Position numbers and translations under genes: made by a program | Shown here: piece after piece, positions 1 through 11,260 of the stretch | How the letters are laid out: the number at the start of each line of letters is the position of its first letter | Numbering within the stretch: position 1 is the first letter of the stretch | Assembly: GCA_011109175.1 (NCBI GenBank) | Contig: RDEW01000026.1 | Coordinates: forward strand, 575,695-639,694 | Source of the DNA: Dicyema japonicum | Taxonomy: Eukaryota > Animalia > Dicyemida | Direction of reading: 5' to 3' | DNA: 64,000 nt | Notes under the pieces: generated by a model | Told to the model about the DNA's origin: nothing | What the model saw: the letters and a program-made list of their open reading frames with translations, nothing else | The model's database searches: none

Positions 1-575
1 ATTATGTTTAATTGGTGGTACATTCCTCTAATAATAGAACGATTACCAACGATTTGAATAACTATGTTATGGAGTTCTATATACTTAATTTATTTATAAA
101 AAAACTTACAATTTTACTTAACTAGCAATCAATAAAATAAGTTGTGTTTATCCGTAAGAATTCCCAAATTTAGTTTAACTCAATTCCGAACGGGGAGGCG
201 TAAAATCAAAATGGTATTATTCATAAAATCTAATTTAATAAAAGTGATCATTAATAGGAAAAACGTATTCATAATGAAAGCGAAGGAATTTCCGTTCAAA
301 TTAAACAATAAAAATTAATTAAAAGATTTTAAATGTATATTATGAAATGTTAACTCAATTTTATAGATTTAAAAAGTGTCATTTATAGATCAAGTATGAA
401 TCAATATACAAAAGTACATTATTACACCATTTCCAATAATTGCCTTCAATTATATGTTTACCTGCAGGGAAAGTCTTTGTGTCTTACAATGAGTAATTTA
501 TTCCAATAAATCAGACAATAATAATAAACCACAAAATCAACAACAACATTTATATAAACAATTAATAGTTAATAC

Positions 576-1091
576 TCAACCATCCAAAACCTCATGATTT
601 ACTCCTTTCCCTTGACAATATAAAGGAATAGCACAAGAATGACTCCACATATAATAATCTTCCATATTATACATTTCGGTCATTAAATAAGGCATTCCAG
701 AATATATTTCTGATTCTTTACTATGTGATCCATTAAAGATTGTTATACAAACACCGTCTTCATTTTTCCTAAGTTGAACAGAGTTTGGATCAGTCCAGAT
801 TGTGATCTCTCCCAGCTGTTCCACAATCTTTTTCGTCATTCCATAAGTGAAAGCAGCACGTTTACAAGCTAATGTTATCTTTGAGTCTCCTCTTAATGGT
901 GAATTTCGAATACAACGACTAGCAGATCCAAATAGTTGATGATTGGTATCCCAAGATTGAAAATATTTCTCACAAAGAACAGTATGTAAGTTTGTTTGGA
1001 ATTCCTGTATTATATTATGCTTTATTCGGTTGGTTAGTAGGTTTTCTATGCATTTTAAAGTAGATTCAAGCTCATTATTGAATGGATACAT
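576..1091 (-). CDS. BTG/Tob (APRO) family anti-proliferative / CAF1-binding protein, intronless, 171 aa
   Basis: Box A-like QSWDTNHQLFGSASRCIRN and Box B-like LGEITIWTDPNSVQLR match the BTG consensus (HW..P.KG.AYRCIR; LP.ELTLWVDP.EV..R). Complete ATG-TGA ORF. Confidence 0.85.
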   Translation of the reverse strand: MYPFNNELESTLKCIENLLTNRIKHNIIQEFQTNLHTVLCEKYFQSWDTNHQLFGSASRCIRNSPLRGDSKITLACKRAAFTYGMTKKIVEQLGEITIWTDPNSVQLRKNEDGVCITIFNGSHSKESEIYSGMPYLMTEMYNMEDYYMWSHSCAIPLYCQGKGVNHEVLDG

Positions 1092-2522
1092 AATATAAAT
1101 AATATATTTTAAATAAAATTTATTGTTTTAATTTTAAATTTATTTATTAATATAATATTAATAACATTCATTTTATTTTCACTTTATTATTGAGATCATA
1201 ATCTTTTCTCAAATATTTTTTTATTTTATATTTAAAATGATATTTTTTTGTGTAAATATCTTAAAATGTCTGAAATACATTAATATAGAATCGATTGTTT
1301 AATTGAATATAAAAATCATTAATATTTTGGTGACGAACAAGTTTTATTAGAGAACGTCAATAGGTTTATAATATATTACTTAGAATAGCCTGATTTACTT
1401 TCCACTATGTAACGATTACTAGCACTTTTATATTGCACTTTAATGGGATAGTCATTTAAATATTAACTATTTAGAATTTGTTCTTTATGATCCAACTAAT
1501 ACATTCCGAAAATGAAACATTACCTTCTTCCAATTTATAAAAATGTATTTATTAATGACAATAAAGTTAACAAATGATCATACAGCGACCGCCTTGACTG
1601 AGTGGCTATTCCCTATCTGGATGTATAAAATATTTTCCTTATCGGACATTGTTCTTATTATTTGTTTCATTCATTTATCTTATTATCTCTAATGACATTA
1701 AACCCTGGACTACCAAAATTCTTATTTATAGTAATTAAAGGAAAAATCTGAAAACTACAGAAACATGGAATTGACGTATGCCATTTACAATAGACAAAAT
1801 TATTACTACACACCTTGAGTTGTGATGGGGAATCATTAATCTAGTTACGAAAATCTACGAAAATCCCTCATTCCCAGTTGAATTCTTAAAATCTCAATAG
1901 ATAACAGACATTGTTATTAATTCTATAGTTTGATGGAGATAATAATTTTCTATACAAGGCAGATCAAACAAGTTACTTATAATTTCAGCTATTATGAAAA
2001 AACCAAGCCTGCCTCAACTGTAGTGTGCAAAATGATTAATTTAAAAAGAGTATTTAATTTATCAGACTTCATCCACTGTAAAAGACATCTTTCGTCTTTA
2101 TTAGTTTTAAATCATCGATAATCAATATGTTCCATGTAAAATGGAAATGAATTCCATGTGTTTCATTTCATAGTGTCAGATGGATATGTTTTTCTCTTGC
2201 ACAGCACTTAGAAAATAAAACCACTTAATTTCCCTATCGGGTTCTCAATGGCGAACATCGAAGGGCATAAAGACTTCACTCTGTCTAAACATCATCAAAC
2301 GGCATGCCTGTTAAAACCCTAAGTATATAAATGATGTTAAACAGTAGGCAAAAGTATTAATATTAAAAACATGAACCAAAGGACCTATTTCTTAATATTT
2401 GAGAAGTAACAACCATCATGCAGCTCAACTTTCAATATAGAACAAAATTATTATTTCTTGAAGACGCAAGCATTCAATATTTTTATTGATGAATCATATT
2501 TTTATGAATCATAAGATAAATT

Positions 2523-2830
2523 TGCATAATGGTTAGGTGTCGGGCTAAAGTGACTTAGGTTACGGGTTCGATTCTCGCTGCTGTTCACATGGTGGAAGGT
2601 TCCACGCATCTACGATGCTAAAAGGGTTTGACCTGTGACACCGTCATCTGTGGATACTCATTGCGGAACTGGATTGTCTAGAAAAGACCCACACACAAGA
2701 AAAAGAAACAAAGATCTTGGTTCTGCGATTAGTTGAAATTAACTGTTCTTTACTTAAATAAAGTCTGTGTACTGCTTATGCGGAGCTATAAATATTGTGG
2801 CTCTCGTGAAAAGCTGTTATTATTATTATA
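2523..2830 (+). mobile_element. tRNA-derived SINE, copy 1
   Basis: B box GGTTCGATTC; body and 3' end (tgtggctctcgtgaaaag + (TAT)n) shared with copies at 10966 and 42635; A box degraded. Confidence 0.8.
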
Positions 2831-2949
2831 TTTTATTAAGATAAAGTTAATAAATAATAGTTAACAAATTCTGTTTTTTTTCATTATTTTTTTAAGAGAA
2901 TTTCAATTACATACAACTATGAGTTATATTCTAAACTATGCTTAACGAC

Positions 2950-3749
2950 AGTGAAGTGCTAAAAAAAACACTTTGTTATTCTTTACAGGTCGTCCAACAT
3001 AAAATTTTCGTTGGTAAAAATTTTTCGATGATATAGATAGATCGTTTAACAACATTTAGCAAACAAAAATTAAATGAATTTTAAGTTGGAAACTGGGATT
3101 TGAAGTGACTAAGGCCCTTCAGAAATGTGACATTCCGCTTAACAAATTGTCAGTTCCTTTGTTCATTGATCTTTATGAATGCAACCAAATTTCTATTCCT
3201 TCGCAGTCGCAAGCAGAGAACTGTGCCAAATATATTACAAATAAATACATAGCTTTGTTCAGGGACATATTCAAGTATTTTATCAAATTTATTTTCTAGA
3301 GAACAAAAATTTTTTGCGATAACGATGAAAGATGAAACAGGGGTCAAACAATATTTGGAAAAGTGAATTTTGGAAAGCGACCTAACTAAAATTATTAATA
3401 TGGAATATAAAAATGTCTCTCTTGAAAATTGTTCGTTCCTTCTAAATTGTCAGCCATCCTCGGCATCTGTCGAAATATGTTATCCGCAATTCAAGAGTTT
3501 TTTGAGGACAAACAGAAACTTTTGTACACGAAATCTGGAAAATTACGTAATGTCTATTTTTAATAATAGTCTTTAAAACAACATTTGTCTTTTATTGTAT
3601 CGCATCTATATTTTACAAATTTAAATTGAGAATAAATAAAGTTAAATTTTTTAATTTTATGGTTAAAAAGTTTGGTTTATAGGTCAATAAAATTAACCTT
3701 TTAAGGTTAAATTTTTTTCAAATTTTAAAGTTAAAAAATGTTTGCCCTA
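2950..3749 (+). mobile_element. CGGBP-like hAT transposon, internally deleted remnant
   Basis: TKALQKCDIPLNKLSVPLF and C-terminal LLNCQPSSASVE..RNFCTRNLENYVMSIFN resemble CGGBP-related hAT transposases. Ends in gtttgcccta (reverse complement TAGGGCAAAC, hAT-like terminus). Inverted relative at 5640-6420. Confidence 0.55.
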
Positions 3750-3882
3750 ACCATAAGACAATAAGGGACGTTATTATAGCATCGATTTCTAAACCAGGTT
3801 GTCAATCACTTTTCTATGTACAGAAATGAATTCTTGAGAATACAGATTAAATGTTTTATTTAGGAAAAAAGAGAGTAAATCG

Positions 3883-4030
3883 TCAAAAAGCAACTGCCCT
3901 GAAAGCGTGGCTATTCACTCTAAAGATGGCAAGCGAGATTCGCTCAAATAACCAGCATCGCTCACGAGGGTCTCCTGATCGTATAGCAATCCGATTCCCT
4001 AGACCCCGGGTCGGAAAAAGCGAGCTCGCA
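3883..4030 (-). mobile_element. CRE-clade non-LTR retrotransposon, 3' fragment
   Basis: Translation GNRIAIRSGDPRERCWLFERISLAIFRVNSHAF matches the CRE C-terminal pattern (GD.RE..L.QRISIAI.RGN). Confidence 0.6.
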
Positions 4031-4299
4031 AGCCTTTGGTGGCTCTTTAAGTTTAAAAGTAGGCTCTTTTTTTAACTTCGACACCATTATTAGCAAAGAA
4101 AATTAAAGAGGGAGTTATTTGGCCTCATGCCGCAAGTCCTGTAAACCCTTGGACTCTTCTCTGCTCTATCAGACCCCTCTTATCGTTTATTCTGTGCTGC
4201 AACATACAAGTCAATTATGTCATCTCTTTTTAGGTAGTTTTCCATCCTTTTTTCTGCTGCATCTATTATCGACATTACTAGCAAATTTTCATCATCATC

Positions 4300-4548
4300 T
4301 AGCTTTTCGGTTATAATCCTCGTCCTAAGAAATATGTGTCTTGTAATCACATCTTTCAAGGTTTCCGTTGATCTACAATGTTCAATATTTTTAAATAAAC
4401 CTATCTTGAACCTCTGCGAGAAAACAGCGCCCTGCTTCGCGCTCGATTCCTCCAAGGACCCAATGATCTTGGATCCTTTGCTGATGCTCGTCCTTTTCTT
4501 ACACTTCATGCATTTCCATACATGTTTATCGACCACTAGAATCAACAC
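4300..4548 (-). mobile_element. Merlin/IS1595-like transposase remnant
   Basis: VWKCMKCKKRTSISKGS (W.C..C...SIR.GS) joined to RSTETLKDVITRHI..RTRIITE (R..ETL...I..HV.PG..I.TD); most of the DDE region is missing. Confidence 0.45.
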
Positions 4549-4830
4549 AAAAAAGTGACAATAAATCTATTTATTACATATTTTCAAAAATAACCTTGCA
4601 CAGTCAGTAGAAAATTGTGTTCCTTGTCAATCGCCGTGCTGCACACCACTTTATGGATTCCTCCAGACTCTGTGTACCCATCAGAAGCCTCAACAGGGAG
4701 AGTCGTTCGGCTTGAATAGCAGCACGACTCATTATTTCTTGTGGAATTATGCTCTTGCAAAGTTACTCTAAATATGCTGATGTAATTAATAATATAATTA
4801 TTTATTTTAGTTACTCGTTTACTTGTTTTA

Positions 4831-5615
4831 TCAATTGCCAGACGAGTCTTGGACTCGGTATGCCCTATAGTGATTCCAGTTTAGATTCTTGGTATCGCAA
4901 CTGACAAAGACTCCAGGTTCATTAATAATTTTCATATCCACGGATATGTGGTCACTGCCAATATCCGGAAGAGTAATTGGTACGTCGGCGTATTCTGAAA
5001 TAGCAGGGGAAATCAAGAAGACACCAAGCTTGTCACCCCCGTAGGAAGAGAAATGGTCATCCTCTTTTGATGTAAGGACTTTTACTCCTAGGCATTTAGA
5101 TAGCATCATCAGGAGCTTTCTATCCCTGTTACTCTTTTTTCAGCGAAAGGATGTGCTCTTTGAGTTAAGATCATCTCCCAATATGGCCATCGAATTTTCA
5201 CTGAAGGATTGGGAGATATCTCTGGTACATACCCTCAAGGATTTGGAATACATATTGCCATGCGAGCCAACCGTCGACACAAAAACATAAATGGCGACAA
5301 ATTCACAACAAATTGATGAAACAATTCTCGGATTCCTTGTCTTTAGATGACACCGATAAAAATTGATGTTCCAGTCCCTGGTATAGTCCCTTCTTTCCAG
5401 TATAAAGATATCGATTCGAAACCCGGTAGTACTGTATTCTCATTTGACTTCACCTTCGTCTCGTTGACAATTATTATATCAGCTTCCTCGAAATTCGCCA
5501 GGGAAGCTATCTCATGATGCCTCCTCGGATTGATCAAACATTCATGAGCATGCTCGTTATGTTTTGTATCACTGGTCTTGGCGGCCTGATCTCTTCAGGA
5601 CCAGAGCCACCACTT
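4831..5615 (-). mobile_element. Ingi/I-group LINE 5' part (AP-endonuclease), decayed
   Basis: ADIIIVNETK and LPDIGSDH APE motifs in broken frames. A pseudoknot-forming GC-rich segment at 5571-5612 lies just upstream. Confidence 0.7.
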
Positions 5616-5639
5616 GCAGTAAATCCAAGTTTACCTTAT

Positions 5640-6420
5640 CACTAAAGCGAATTTTTTTAACCTAAAAAAATAACTTTATTAACCAAAAAACTAAAAAATT
5701 TAACCTAAAAAATTTAACTTTATAACTAAACAATAAAATCACTAAAACTTTTTGTTACACATACAAATTACATAATTTTCTAAATTTTCTGTTAGAAAAT
5801 GTCTGTTGGATCTTGGAACATTAATTCATTATCTCAGAGAAAGATCGTTCAACCGAGCACTAAGTTGGCTAACAATTCAGGAGTAGTGAATACTCGGCAG
5901 GAGATGTGTGTTAATTAGTCATTTTAATTATGTTTGAAATATCATTTTTTTGAAACTTTTTATTTATGTATTTTTTAATAAACTTGTTGTCATTTTTAAA
6001 TTCCAACGATTATAAACCATCACTTGTTTGTTCAATTGTGGAGAGTGTACGTTAATAATAATATCTGCAATAGCGACATTATTCGGAAACCTGGAATGTT
6101 CGAATAGCTTCAGATAAGGTCACATAGACTGATAATTAACGATGAGGAAAATCGTACAGAGCCTCCGTAAAACAATTCTCAAAGCCATGGCATAGATAGT
6201 TTGTTTAGTAGAATATCAGATTTTATAAATGCTCTGGATACTTGTAGAGCCCAATCATCATTTTTAGAATATTGGTCAATGTGTGTTTGGTGCGATTCGG
6301 TCAGATTATCTAGAAAAAATAATTGTTATATCGCAAAACTCAATGAATTTTCATCAAAATGAATTTTGATGGGAATTTACAAAATGTTTTTTTTGCTTTT
6401 TCTCGCATTTTATATTACAC
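5640..6420 (-). mobile_element. CGGBP-like hAT remnant, second copy (inverted to 2950-3749)
   Basis: Minus-strand FIKSDILLNKLSMPWL and SVERSFS..TENLENYVICMCN parallel the first copy. TTAACC-rich subterminal region 5650-5750 mirrors 3660-3740. Confidence 0.5.
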
Positions 6421-6457
6421 AAACAGAGTCGACAATATAGCGCACCATCCTCAAGAA

Positions 6458-7190
6458 TCATAAATTCTTTAGGATAGGATAATCATCAATGATGATTGTC
6501 AGATTGCCATACTGCGTCAACAGCAAATTTCCTCTTGTATCTGCAGACTGATTTAAGAGCCAGAGAGGGTGTTTAGCATTCAAATCGCCGCATATAACGA
6601 CTTCGTTCCAAATCTCCAGTGCTGATAAGTCCGGCATACCGTAATGTTTCGGAAATGAGCCGCCCAGAAGCGGAATATACATGTTTACAAAATATAGTCT
6701 TCCTTTTGTTGTGCCAACAGATATTCCGATTGTCTCCGTGGTTTCATCACTCCCCAAAAGTTTCTTCGCTTCGAGTGTATGGTCCTCATACTTTATGTTT
6801 TTTCTGATTAATATAAGTAGTCCTCCTCCATGTTTCTTAGTGCGATCGGCACGTATTATGTTGTATCCGGGAAAGAAGGGCGTAGTATCTTTCGCTGATA
6901 GCTTCGATTTTAGGATGAGCATGATGTCAGCTTTAAGTTTAACGATCAGAGTTCTAAGTTCAATAATTTTGCCTTTTATTCCGTTCACATTCATTTTTAT
7001 AACGGAGATCCGGTCCTTTGACTTGTGTAGGTTGCGAATCCGAGAAGCTGTAGACAGACCAGTAATCCGTCGATCAGGGGTGAAATGTACCCCCGGTAGG
7101 AAGAGAGCTAATGGCTCTTTTTGGAAATGCTTTAGGAGCATTTTGAGCGCCTCCAGAGTTGTTGCATCCGGTGAGCCACATGACGCCACG
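6458..7190 (-). mobile_element. Ingi/Vingi-like LINE, intact 5' end plus AP-endonuclease, 3' truncated
   Basis: MNVNGIKGK...GYNIIRADR..HGGGLLILIR...NMYIP...ICGDLNAKHPLW APE motifs. 5' UTR starts with GTGGCGTCATGTG and folds into an HDV-like topology (7112-7187). Confidence 0.85.
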
Positions 7191-7217
7191 CTAATAAATA
7201 TATTAATAATCTTTATC

Positions 7218-8816
7218 TCCCTGGGGAGTACCAACATTGCACGTAAATTCACGGGAAAACGTCTTACCGACCCGCATTCTGAGCTTCGTGTTAGATAGCA
7301 ACACTCTGATCATACTGACAGAATCAGCGTCCAAGAATTGTTCCAGATCCTGAGAAGTAGACCACGGCGGACCGTATCAAAGGCCCTAGAGAGGTCTATT
7401 CCCAGGACTGTTGTTGCACTTTCAAATCTCTGGTTGATAGCACAGCGCCACTTGTGGCTCCATACTACATCCGCAGTGGATCTTCCTGTCATGAATCCAC
7501 TGTGACTAGGGGATAGATAGTTGTCCACTTGTTCTCTGATTCGGTTCAGCGTAAGTAATGCCAGAAGTTTCCGTAAAGTGTTTAGCAGGAATATTGGACG
7601 TAGGTTTTCAACAGGCCCAGCATGCTTGTTAGGTTTTTGTATTGGTATTAATAGTCCGGATCCAAGAGCGGGGTATTATTTTTTTATAAACATAGAGTTG
7701 AGTAGTTCTGCCAACTTATCTATTAGTGAAGGTGGCCCGTATTTGAGAAGTTCTGAATTGATTCCATTCAGTCCATGAGAGCAACCATTCTTAAGTTTGA
7801 CCATTGCATTTGAGATTTCGCCAGGTGTGATATCTTTATCAAGTTGGGTGGCGTATCCACAAGTATGATCAGATATTTCTCCGCGGACAGTTAGTATATC
7901 CTCGAAATACGACGCAATATATTCAGCCTGATCTTTGGGATTTGTTAAGAATCTTCTATTTCCGTCATGGAGTTTGAGTTTGTTCGATTGTTTTCTTCTG
8001 TTGAACTGACGGATTGCAGTGAACATTTTTGATGAGTCTTTTAACTGTTCAACTTCTGCAGTTCTTAGATCAAGTAGGTTAGTGGCATGCTTCTTATTCA
8101 AAATCTTTCTGGTTTTCTGGGTGGATCTTCTTATAGACTTCAGGATTTGTTTCCTGTCCGGATCAGACGTATTTTCCAATTGTAATCTTAGTTCCTTTTG
8201 TTTTTTAATAAGGGCGGGGACATCTGGATGTATACATTTTTTAAACAGTGCTGAGGACCAGGTTCCGATATTCCCATTTGCTACCGAAATGATCCCTTTC
8301 ATTGTCTCCGCCGAGGTGCCTCCTGGAGGAAGTCCGGGATCTAGGTTTCGTAAGAATTTCGTAAATGATATTTCTCGTAGAACAGGTCAAGTTCTTCCGG
8401 ATTTTTTAGGATACGTCCACTGTGTGGTAACGTTGATAATTGAGATTAGTCTCCTCGAATTTCTGATTGATCTTGTACGTAGTTGTAAGACAATGATTCT
8501 GTCATTGACTTTCCAGTAACGATATACTCTGGGAATATAGTCCTTGTGTATGGCAAAGCCTTGTCCATAATGCCTCGATTCCGAGAAAAGCAATAGTAAC
8601 CTGTACTTTGCATTTGTTTCATCGAGTCCATTTTTTATTTTAGTCTCCTGCAGGCAGCCCCCATATTTCTTAACATCAGAATATAGAAGCTGCCTTTTAG
8701 CCACGTTATTCAGGCCTCTGACATTGAAGGTTAGGATAGTCAGGTCATTAAATTGTTCTGAATCCTTTGCAGACATAGGTGCAAAAGATGCACGTCACCA
8801 CCTCAACCAAAAAAAA
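7218..8816 (-). mobile_element. RTE-like (APE+RT) LINE, intact 5' head, internally deleted, 3' truncated
   Basis: LTFNVRGLN..CLQETK..RHYGQGFAI (APE); KNG..GLNGINSELLKYG; GFMTGRSTAD..LGIDLSRAFD; GTPQGD (RT). Head T8-GGTTGAGGTGGTGACGTG about 32 nt before the ATG at 8776. Confidence 0.9.
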
Positions 8817-8847
8817 TTTATCTTATGTTATCAAAATTAAGTATATA

Positions 8848-9280
8848 GGTTGAGATGGTGACGACACCTATATTGCACTATTTCTTATTCGTATACCTTA
8901 CCGACTTCTCTGTTCACTCTGGAATCTTTCAATTGCAGGGGACTGATCAACCTTGCAAGAAATATCAACTGGTATGCGATCTAACTAAATATGACGTCTC
9001 TGTCTGCTGTCTACAAGAGACAAAACGACCGTACAATGTACAGAACTGTTTGGAAAATTCCACCTTTTTATCCCTCCCGTCAGCCTGCCGACATTATGAT
9101 CTTGGATTTGCAGTCAATCAGGATCTGATTCACTACGATACAAGGGTGTGGACAGCATCTGATATTATAATGGAAATGGCGGACGACCTGGACTACCTAA
9201 GAGAACTAGTGCGTAACAGAAGATCATGATCGAAGCTAACGGAGAGGATGTTCGGAATACGGCACAAGGGAAATTTAACT
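8848..9280 (+). mobile_element. Short non-autonomous RTE-like derivative (5' head + APE start fused in frame to 3' tail)
   Basis: Head GGTTGAGATGGTGACG; CCLQETK..CRHYDLGFAV joined to ADDLDYLRELVRN, homologous to NADDLDMRALARN at the tail of the 18990-21786 element. Confidence 0.65.
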
Positions 9281-9319
9281 AATTTTATGTTTTCTCGGGA
9301 GTGCTTTTTTTTAATAATT

Positions 9320-10473
9320 AATTAATAATCCAAATTAAGTCGTTTCCGATTCTTGGAGATCTCATGAGCCAATTTTTTCCACTCTCCCCACTCCGTCGCA
9401 AATTGGAGTAGCCTTGATATAGGCATTCCCGTGATGTCTTCTACCGTGGATAGCCACCAAGTCCTTGATCGACCAGGTCTTCTTTTTTCTTCCCAGTAAT
9501 ATTGTTCAGCATAATGGTTCTTTCTAAATAATCGATCGGACAACATGCCCAAAGAACGCATCTGTGTTTTACAATTTTTCCTTCTAGCGAAATGTCTGTC
9601 TCCACCGTTTGAGTACATCGGTGTTTGTTATTTTGTAAGTCCAAGGGATTCTTAGTAAACTTCTCCAGCACCAAAGTTCAAAAGCATCAATTTTTCGTCT
9701 ATCCGCCTTTTTTAGTATCCATGATCTGCGCCGTATAGAAAAACCGGGAACAAGATTGCATTAACCAGTCTGCATTTGGACCTTAAGCAAATATCTTTAC
9801 TTTTCCTAAGTCTATTCATTCTCTGGAATTCGCGTTTTAATTTCCAAGTCTCCGTCAGCATTCCGATTAACTAGACATCCCAGAAAGACAGCATTATAAC
9901 AACTCTCTATGTTTCGCATTCCCAATTTTTAGTTCCATTATTACATTATTAGCAGTCATCATAATTTTGGTTTTCTTGACATTTAGCAATAAACCAAAGA
10001 CCGCCGCTCTCTTCTCTGAATCTTAGAATCAACTCCCCAGGCCATCCTCTGTTTCAGCCAGTAAGGTTGTATCGTCAGCATATCAAAAATTATTGATGTT
10101 CCTGCCTCCAATTTTCATCCCGTTATTTGACACAGTATCCAATATAGTCATGATTATTTCGGCATAAATATTGAATAGATGGGAGATAATAAGCATCCTT
10201 GTCTTACTCCTTTACCAATTTTGAACAAATCGGTATCTCCATACACTGTTCTAACAGTAGTTTCTTAATCCTTATAAAGAGATTTGATGAACAATATCAG
10301 ATGGGCATCGAATCCAAATTCTTTTAAAGCGGACCACAGCTTGTCATGTATAAAGGAATCAAAAACTTTCCGATAGTCAATTAAGCACATGTATACATTC
10401 TTTTGGGATTCATGGGCTTTCTCCATAATCCACCGGACATTTGCTACATTGTCACGTGTGTCTCGTCCCTTCC
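9320..10473 (-). mobile_element. RTE-BovB-like LINE, 5' truncated, decayed
   Basis: GRDTRDNVANVRWIMEK, CLIDYRKVFD, KGVRQGCLLSP, YADDTTLLAE-like segment, RRKIDAFELWCWR, GRSRTWW are typical BovB/RTE motifs. Confidence 0.85.
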
Positions 10474-10544
10474 TAACGGGTAGGGACCAATTCGAGCAAA
10501 TTCCTATACTTTGCTCTCATACTCCTCGTATACCTAATCAAAAA

Positions 10545-10880
10545 GTAAAGATTATCCCACTGGTTATGACCTGGGATGGAGTTATCTCGAAATGCAACAA
10601 AAACTATATGAATAAGTTATCTATTGAAGAATAACGAGAACTTAACCACTGAATTGTGTTGAAATGGACTCTCGAAAGCATATTAATTGAACACAAATAC
10701 AGAATGAAGGTTTCCTCTGCTACCTCTCAACTCGTGGAAATGATATGCCGTGAGGACATCCCACTGAATTCTAACAGAGATACTACGACTGACTCTGATG
10801 TGAAGATGGGTAATAAGAGGTACTTGTTGGCACAATCTCTTGTAAGAAAAGAAGGATTACCAGCGATCTGGATTAAAATC
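10545..10880 (+). mobile_element. NeSL/R4-like (RLE) retrotransposon 3' fragment
   Basis: KVKIIPLVMTWDGVISKC..MNKLSIEE and VLKWTLESILIEHK are near-identical to the C-terminus of the 48870-52114 element. Confidence 0.7.
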
Positions 10881-10965
10881 TATTTAATTAGATAATTTAC
10901 TCGTTTTACTTTATAATCACTATATGTTTATCATCAAAGAAAACTTTATTAAACAACAAAAAATG

Positions 10966-11260
10966 TGCCGGATGGCAAAGTGGTTAGGCGTCGGGCTAAA
11001 GTGGCCTAGGATACGGGTTCAATTCAAGCTGCTGTTCACCTGGTGGAAGGTTTCCAAGCATCTACGATGCTCTGAAAAGGGTTTTGACGAGTGACGCCGT
11101 CATCAGTGGATATTCACTGCGGGAGTGGATTGTCTAGAAAGGACCCACACACAAGAAGAAACAAAGATCTTGGTTCTGCGATTAGTTGAAGTTTGTGTAC
11201 TGCCTATGCGGAGCTATAAATATTGTGGCTCTCGTGAAAAGGCCGTTACTATTATTATTA
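10966..11260 (+). mobile_element. tRNA-derived SINE, copy 2
   Basis: A box TGGCAAAGTGG, B box GGTTCAATTC, shared body, (TAT)n tail. Confidence 0.85.

Noticed and set aside
1500-2460. Possible micro-intron gene on the minus strand
   Set aside because: A few GT-AG candidates of 18-27 nt exist, but no consistent frame or recognisable protein emerges.
6681-8519. Long plus-strand ORFs (6681-7298, 8019-8519) and similar ones at 13081, 46324 and 49633
   Set aside because: They are antisense shadows of LINE or cullin coding sequence, or a duplicated TE fragment (46324), with no independent motifs.
10966-11045. tRNA genes at the A/B-box sites (also 2530 and 42635)
   Set aside because: No complete cloverleaf; each continues into the same 250-bp body and simple-repeat tail, so these are SINE heads.
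11075-11125. Hammerhead ribozyme on the SINE minus strand (CTGATGA core)
   Set aside because: The stem II partner is followed by AAAA/AAAC, not GAAA, in all copies.
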